This document shows positions 60,567-64,000 of a stretch of DNA of 64,000 nucleotides, one piece after another. The notes under the pieces were generated by a model, which saw only the letters and a program-made list of their open reading frames with translations, ran no database searches and had not been told where the DNA came from. Source of the DNA: a virus; IMG/VR virus record IMGVR_UViG_3300042564_004221, positions 35,790 to 99,789 of that record; one strand, 5' to 3'. Made by a program: the position numbers and the translations under genes. Each line of letters begins with the position of its first letter. The first letter of the stretch is position 1.

Positions 60567-61290
60567 AATTAAAATTTTTGTGTTGATTGTTAATTTTTAA
60601 TTCATTGGTTAGTGTTCCGTTTAAATATCCTGAAGGTATTTTACAAGGACTATATAAATTCCAATTATATGTTTGAGTATAAAAATTATTATAATCTCCG
60701 TGTGACACATCAGACCAATTACTCATTTGAGGTGCTATTGGTAGTAACGGCACATAACTTTGTTTAATTGATATGACAAATTGTGAAATGTATTCATCAA
60801 TTGCATAATAACCCAAATTCTCAGGTTTTTCTATTTCTAATACATTATCATAAATTGATTTATGATAAATAATCATATTTGTTGCATAAATACCTCTATG
60901 GTGTTCCTCTTTTGGTGGGAGATTTGTTATATCTAAAAATAATGGTTGTGTTTCACTACGATTAACAGGTCTGTTTAGTGTTGGTGCCAAATTTATAATT
61001 CCAAACTCAAAATCACCCGATTCGGTTTCAATCTTATTTATTAAATCTTTGGAATAAGGTAAGAAGGTACAATCATCCTCAATAACCATAACCGATTCAT
61101 ATCCTCTCTCCTTTGCAATTTTTATAACCTCAACGTGAGATAAAGTACACCCCCCATGATTATTTAAATCAATTGCCTTAAATAATTCATATTCCCAACC
61201 AATATACTCCATTTCTTTTTTAATGTGTTCTAATCTATCAGGTCTCCTTTCAAGATTCACAACAAATTTTGGGATGTTTGTAATATTCAT
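60556..61290 (-). CDS. Glycosyltransferase family 25-like
   Basis: VVNLERRPDR, GCTLSH, VMVIEDD. Confidence 0.85.
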   Translation of the reverse strand: MNITNIPKFVVNLERRPDRLEHIKKEMEYIGWEYELFKAIDLNNHGGCTLSHVEVIKIAKERGYESVMVIEDDCTFLPYSKDLINKIETESGDFEFGIINLAPTLNRPVNRSETQPLFLDITNLPPKEEHHRGIYATNMIIYHKSIYDNVLEIEKPENLGYYAIDEYISQFVISIKQSYVPLLPIAPQMSNWSDVSHGDYNNFYTQTYNWNLYSPCKIPSGYLNGTLTNELKINNQHKNFNYDN

Positions 61291-62558
61291 TAGCTAACCA
61301 TATTGTGACTTAATTGTCCTGTTATTCTATCACACCATCCTTTTGATTCTGAGAACGGCCAAACAACCCAATGAGTTGGCATTTCATCTGTTTGAAATTC
61401 TCTCCATACCTTGCAATAGTTATCAGGGTCTCTCATAAATCCAGCAATCTCATTTTTGTCTGCATCTTTACGGAATAAAGTTTTATCATCTTTACCGTGG
61501 AAGGCAACAACCCAAAACTCATAATCTGTTTCAGGAACCTGTGAATATCCAATATCAATACAATGTTTGAACATCATACAGAAACTATCTTTCCATTCTT
61601 TTTCAGTTTCAAAGTTATATGGATTTGGTGGGTAGTTCTTATCTAAAGTATATTTGTCAATTGCTCGTTTTTCAAAAAGAATACCCGAATACTTTTCATA
61701 ATCGGTTAAAGTTCTAACAGGACCAAAACCATAAGGACCATCGTGTCCTTCTTGTTTTTCACCATCCATACCAAATAACTTTCTATTTGTTAGGTGAGAG
61801 TGATTATTCTTTTGTCCCCAATCTTTATCAATATCCCATTGTTTTGTTCGACCTTTACGAGTATATTCGTGATAAAATATTGGAATATGTGGATGGAATA
61901 GGTCATAACCCCAAGTGTAAGCCCTAACCGCAATCGAAATCTCTTCTCCGTGAAAATAATATTCATTATTATGTTGAACTTCAGTTGAGAACTGTCCTAA
62001 TGTAAAACAGAAGTGAGCGGAATAAAATCTTGCTGTTACAGGTTTTTTAAGGTCCTTCCATCCTGGTATTGTTTCAGGTAAGAAGAACACCGCACCTTCA
62101 GGAATGAATCTATCAAAGACCATTCTCCAAGCGTCAGGAGCTCTTCCTGCTGGGTCATTATCAGGGTCAAAAGAAGGTACGTAACCTGTTAATAGAGGTT
62201 TTTTATATCCGTCTTTCTGTAACCCTTTTATCATTTTAATAAGAATAACATCCCAATCCTTAATAGTTCTCATATGACTATCAATTTGAAGGGTATATTC
62301 TTCACCTTTATAAAGTTGTTGAGTTAAGTTTCTTGCCCAACAAACACCTTTAGAATCCGTATGTGGAATATCTAAAATTCTAAATCTTTTATCATCTCTC
62401 CATTCATCAACATTATCAAAACCGTCTTCTGGATTAAATTGTCTTGCAATTGCAAATACAAGATTTTTTGGATATTTAGCATTCTCCAACATATCTTTAA
62501 TTGTTGGAACTAATTGTGGGTCACAAAATGATGCAATTTGGATAAATATTTTACTCAT
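61290..62558 (-). CDS. GT60-like polypeptide N-acetylglucosaminyltransferase (Pfam GlcNAc family)
   Basis: IFIQIASFCD, SKGVCWAR, LQIDSHMR (DxH), FHGEEI, GYDLFHP, HEY. Confidence 0.8.
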   Translation of the reverse strand: MSKIFIQIASFCDPQLVPTIKDMLENAKYPKNLVFAIARQFNPEDGFDNVDEWRDDKRFRILDIPHTDSKGVCWARNLTQQLYKGEEYTLQIDSHMRTIKDWDVILIKMIKGLQKDGYKKPLLTGYVPSFDPDNDPAGRAPDAWRMVFDRFIPEGAVFFLPETIPGWKDLKKPVTARFYSAHFCFTLGQFSTEVQHNNEYYFHGEEISIAVRAYTWGYDLFHPHIPIFYHEYTRKGRTKQWDIDKDWGQKNNHSHLTNRKLFGMDGEKQEGHDGPYGFGPVRTLTDYEKYSGILFEKRAIDKYTLDKNYPPNPYNFETEKEWKDSFCMMFKHCIDIGYSQVPETDYEFWVVAFHGKDDKTLFRKDADKNEIAGFMRDPDNYCKVWREFQTDEMPTHWVVWPFSESKGWCDRITGQLSHNMVS

Positions 62559-62584
62559 GATAGTATGTTTGTTTTGTAAAAAAT

Positions 62585-62613
62585 AAAAAACCCTCCATAA
62601 AAATGAAGGGTTT
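62585..62613 (-). terminator. Probable intrinsic terminator after the 98-aa gene
   Basis: AAACCCT/AGGGTTT stem plus T-run. Confidence 0.45.
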
Positions 62614-62643
62614 ATTGAAATATATGTGCAAGTTTTTGTTGTA

Positions 62644-62940
62644 TTATGGACGTGTTGGAGTTGGGGTTGGAGTTGTGGTTGAAGTTACTGTTGGGGTTGG
62701 GGTTACTGCTGCGGTTGGGGAAGGCGTTGGTGTTATTGGATACACTCCATCATTAACTAATACAACACTACTAACATATAATGGTGCTATTGAATATGTA
62801 TCATTTATTAACCAAATATTTTTGGTTTGATTTTGTGTTAATTCAACTTGGTATTCCCACATTGCATCATCACATCTTCTATAATTAAAGTTCACTATCG
62901 TTGAACCCGTATTCGTTAAAGTATATTTACTACATGCCAT
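62644..62940 (-). CDS. Small Cys-containing protein with C-terminal Thr/Pro tract
   Basis: 98 aa ending PITPTPSPTAAVTPTPTVTSTTTPTPTPTRP. Confidence 0.75.
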   Translation of the reverse strand: MACSKYTLTNTGSTIVNFNYRRCDDAMWEYQVELTQNQTKNIWLINDTYSIAPLYVSSVVLVNDGVYPITPTPSPTAAVTPTPTVTSTTTPTPTPTRP

Positions 62941-63062
62941 AATTTTAAATGTTTTTTATATAAATATCATCATTTTTGAAAATAAATTATATTTTTTTAT
63001 ATAGTTGTCGATTGTGATAATATTAAGAAGGTTAACATAATTTGTTTATAAACTATGATAGA

Positions 63063-63998
63063 TTATAATCCAAAACGACCTTTTAGTGCGTTATAGTTTT
63101 GTGTCACTTCAGCAGGTGATAATACCTTATTTGTGTAGAAAAAACAATTATATATAGCACCATTAAAAAGGTTAAGGGAAGGTGAATTATCTAATTTTAA
63201 TTGAGCTGTTTGACTTGTGTGTTGAACCGTTGAGCTTGTATTAATTGCTACTTGAGTTCCGTTTTCATATATAATTGACGTACTTGTATTAGGGTTATAT
63301 GTACAAGTTATGTTATATATTTGACCAACTACAGGGGCGACATTCCAATCTAATCTTTCACTAAGACCTGTTTCCCATCCAAACGAACTAGTCGTAAATG
63401 TAAGATTGATAAAATTAGAACCATTAAATGAAAATAATCCACCGTTAGTTTCGATAGAAGAAATTTCAAACCACATACTTAAAGAATATCCTTGAGGATA
63501 ACTTAATGTTATTGATGTAGATTGTGCGGTATCGTTAACTCCATCAAAATAAACTCCACCACCATTTGTACCACTATATACAGGTCCACCTAATAAAGCT
63601 AAGTCATATTCATTCCCACTCAAATCAGACCAAGTGGTTCCTGTTCTTGGATAAGACGGAACAAACCCACCATCCCACATTGCGGTTAGTCCACTAGTGA
63701 CAATATCTGGATAGTTAATATTGGTAACCATATAAGTAGAATTATCATTAAAATAATTCAATGCGTCGTAAATGGTGTTAATACCTGTTCCACCATATTG
63801 TGTTGCGATAGTTATTAATTCACTATCGTTTGACGCAAGTCTAATAGAAGGACCCTGAGAAGATTTTTGAGCGTAAACGGTATAACCATTTGAAGGAGGA
63901 CTTATACCATTCCAAAAACCTGTTGTAACAGTTGGTCCATAGTCTACAGACGTACTAACACCAATAAGAAAATCATTCTTTTTAAGGGTTCCTATTGA
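63063..63998 (-). CDS. Partial LamG/concanavalin A-like lectin-domain virion protein
   Basis: Frame is open from the window end; SYPRTGTTWSDLSGN, FDGVND, YENG, LSPAEVTQNYNALKGRFGL. Confidence 0.8.
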   Translation of the reverse strand, partial: SIGTLKKNDFLIGVSTSVDYGPTVTTGFWNGISPPSNGYTVYAQKSSQGPSIRLASNDSELITIATQYGGTGINTIYDALNYFNDNSTYMVTNINYPDIVTSGLTAMWDGGFVPSYPRTGTTWSDLSGNEYDLALLGGPVYSGTNGGGVYFDGVNDTAQSTSITLSYPQGYSLSMWFEISSIETNGGLFSFNGSNFINLTFTTSSFGWETGLSERLDWNVAPVVGQIYNITCTYNPNTSTSIIYENGTQVAINTSSTVQHTSQTAQLKLDNSPSLNLFNGAIYNCFFYTNKVLSPAEVTQNYNALKGRFGL

Positions 63999-64000
63999 GA

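Noticed and set aside
58007-62558. GT cluster as a DNA hypermodification system
   Set aside because: Families resemble protein or surface-glycan transferases, and no base hydroxymethylase or related gene is in the window; disfavoured but not excluded.
4349-62830. Many 60-150 aa alternative-frame or antisense ORFs in the track (e.g. 5737-5958, 23390-23728, 39072-39533, 40765-41121, 57449-57769, 62603-62830)
   Set aside because: They lie within or opposite well-supported genes and have no recognisable motifs; treated as shadow ORFs.
62941-63062. Intergenic gaps as possible tRNA or ncRNA loci
   Set aside because: Very AT-rich with no cloverleaf or stable structure visible; no tRNA was recognised anywhere in the window.
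63063-63998. Diversity-generating retroelement target in the lectin gene
   Set aside because: No reverse transcriptase and no template/variable repeat pair differing at adenines seen in this window.
1-64000. Stop-codon reassignment as seen in some large phages
   Set aside because: Long conserved genes are intact and densely packed under the standard code.

Overview
AT-rich 64 kb fragment of a large contractile-tailed dsDNA phage (T4-like/jumbo myovirus architecture), read in the standard genetic code, almost all on the minus strand. A Bacteroidota host is plausible but only inferred, from SprB-type repeats and starts that lack Shine-Dalgarno sites. Contents: tail fibre, decoration and baseplate genes (1-18 kb); a replication block (class II RNR, DnaB, 5'-3' exonuclease, RecA, SSB; 18-25 kb); baseplate hub, tape measure, chaperone, tube and sheath (26-46 kb); neck genes, SNF2 helicase, a SOD fusion and family-B polymerase (46-57 kb); an RHH+HNH cassette; and four tandem glycosyltransferase genes next to Thr/Pro-rich and lectin genes (58-64 kb). 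Best candidate for an undescribed system: a phage-encoded mucin-type protein O-glycosylation pathway (GT60-like initiator, GT25, two HtrL-like enzymes, GT2-like domain). Its possible targets are virion proteins with TPTP tracts and a recurrent [S/T]-G-x-T motif. Other highlights: a SOD/nuclease-fold fusion punctuated by prohead-protease-like sites, an OmpA-like domain inside a baseplate protein, a probable tail-chaperone frameshift, an ATT start codon, two unannotated RHH genes, and two phage promoter-like motifs. All family assignments are by motif recognition, without database searches. No tRNA, rRNA or CRISPR array was seen.
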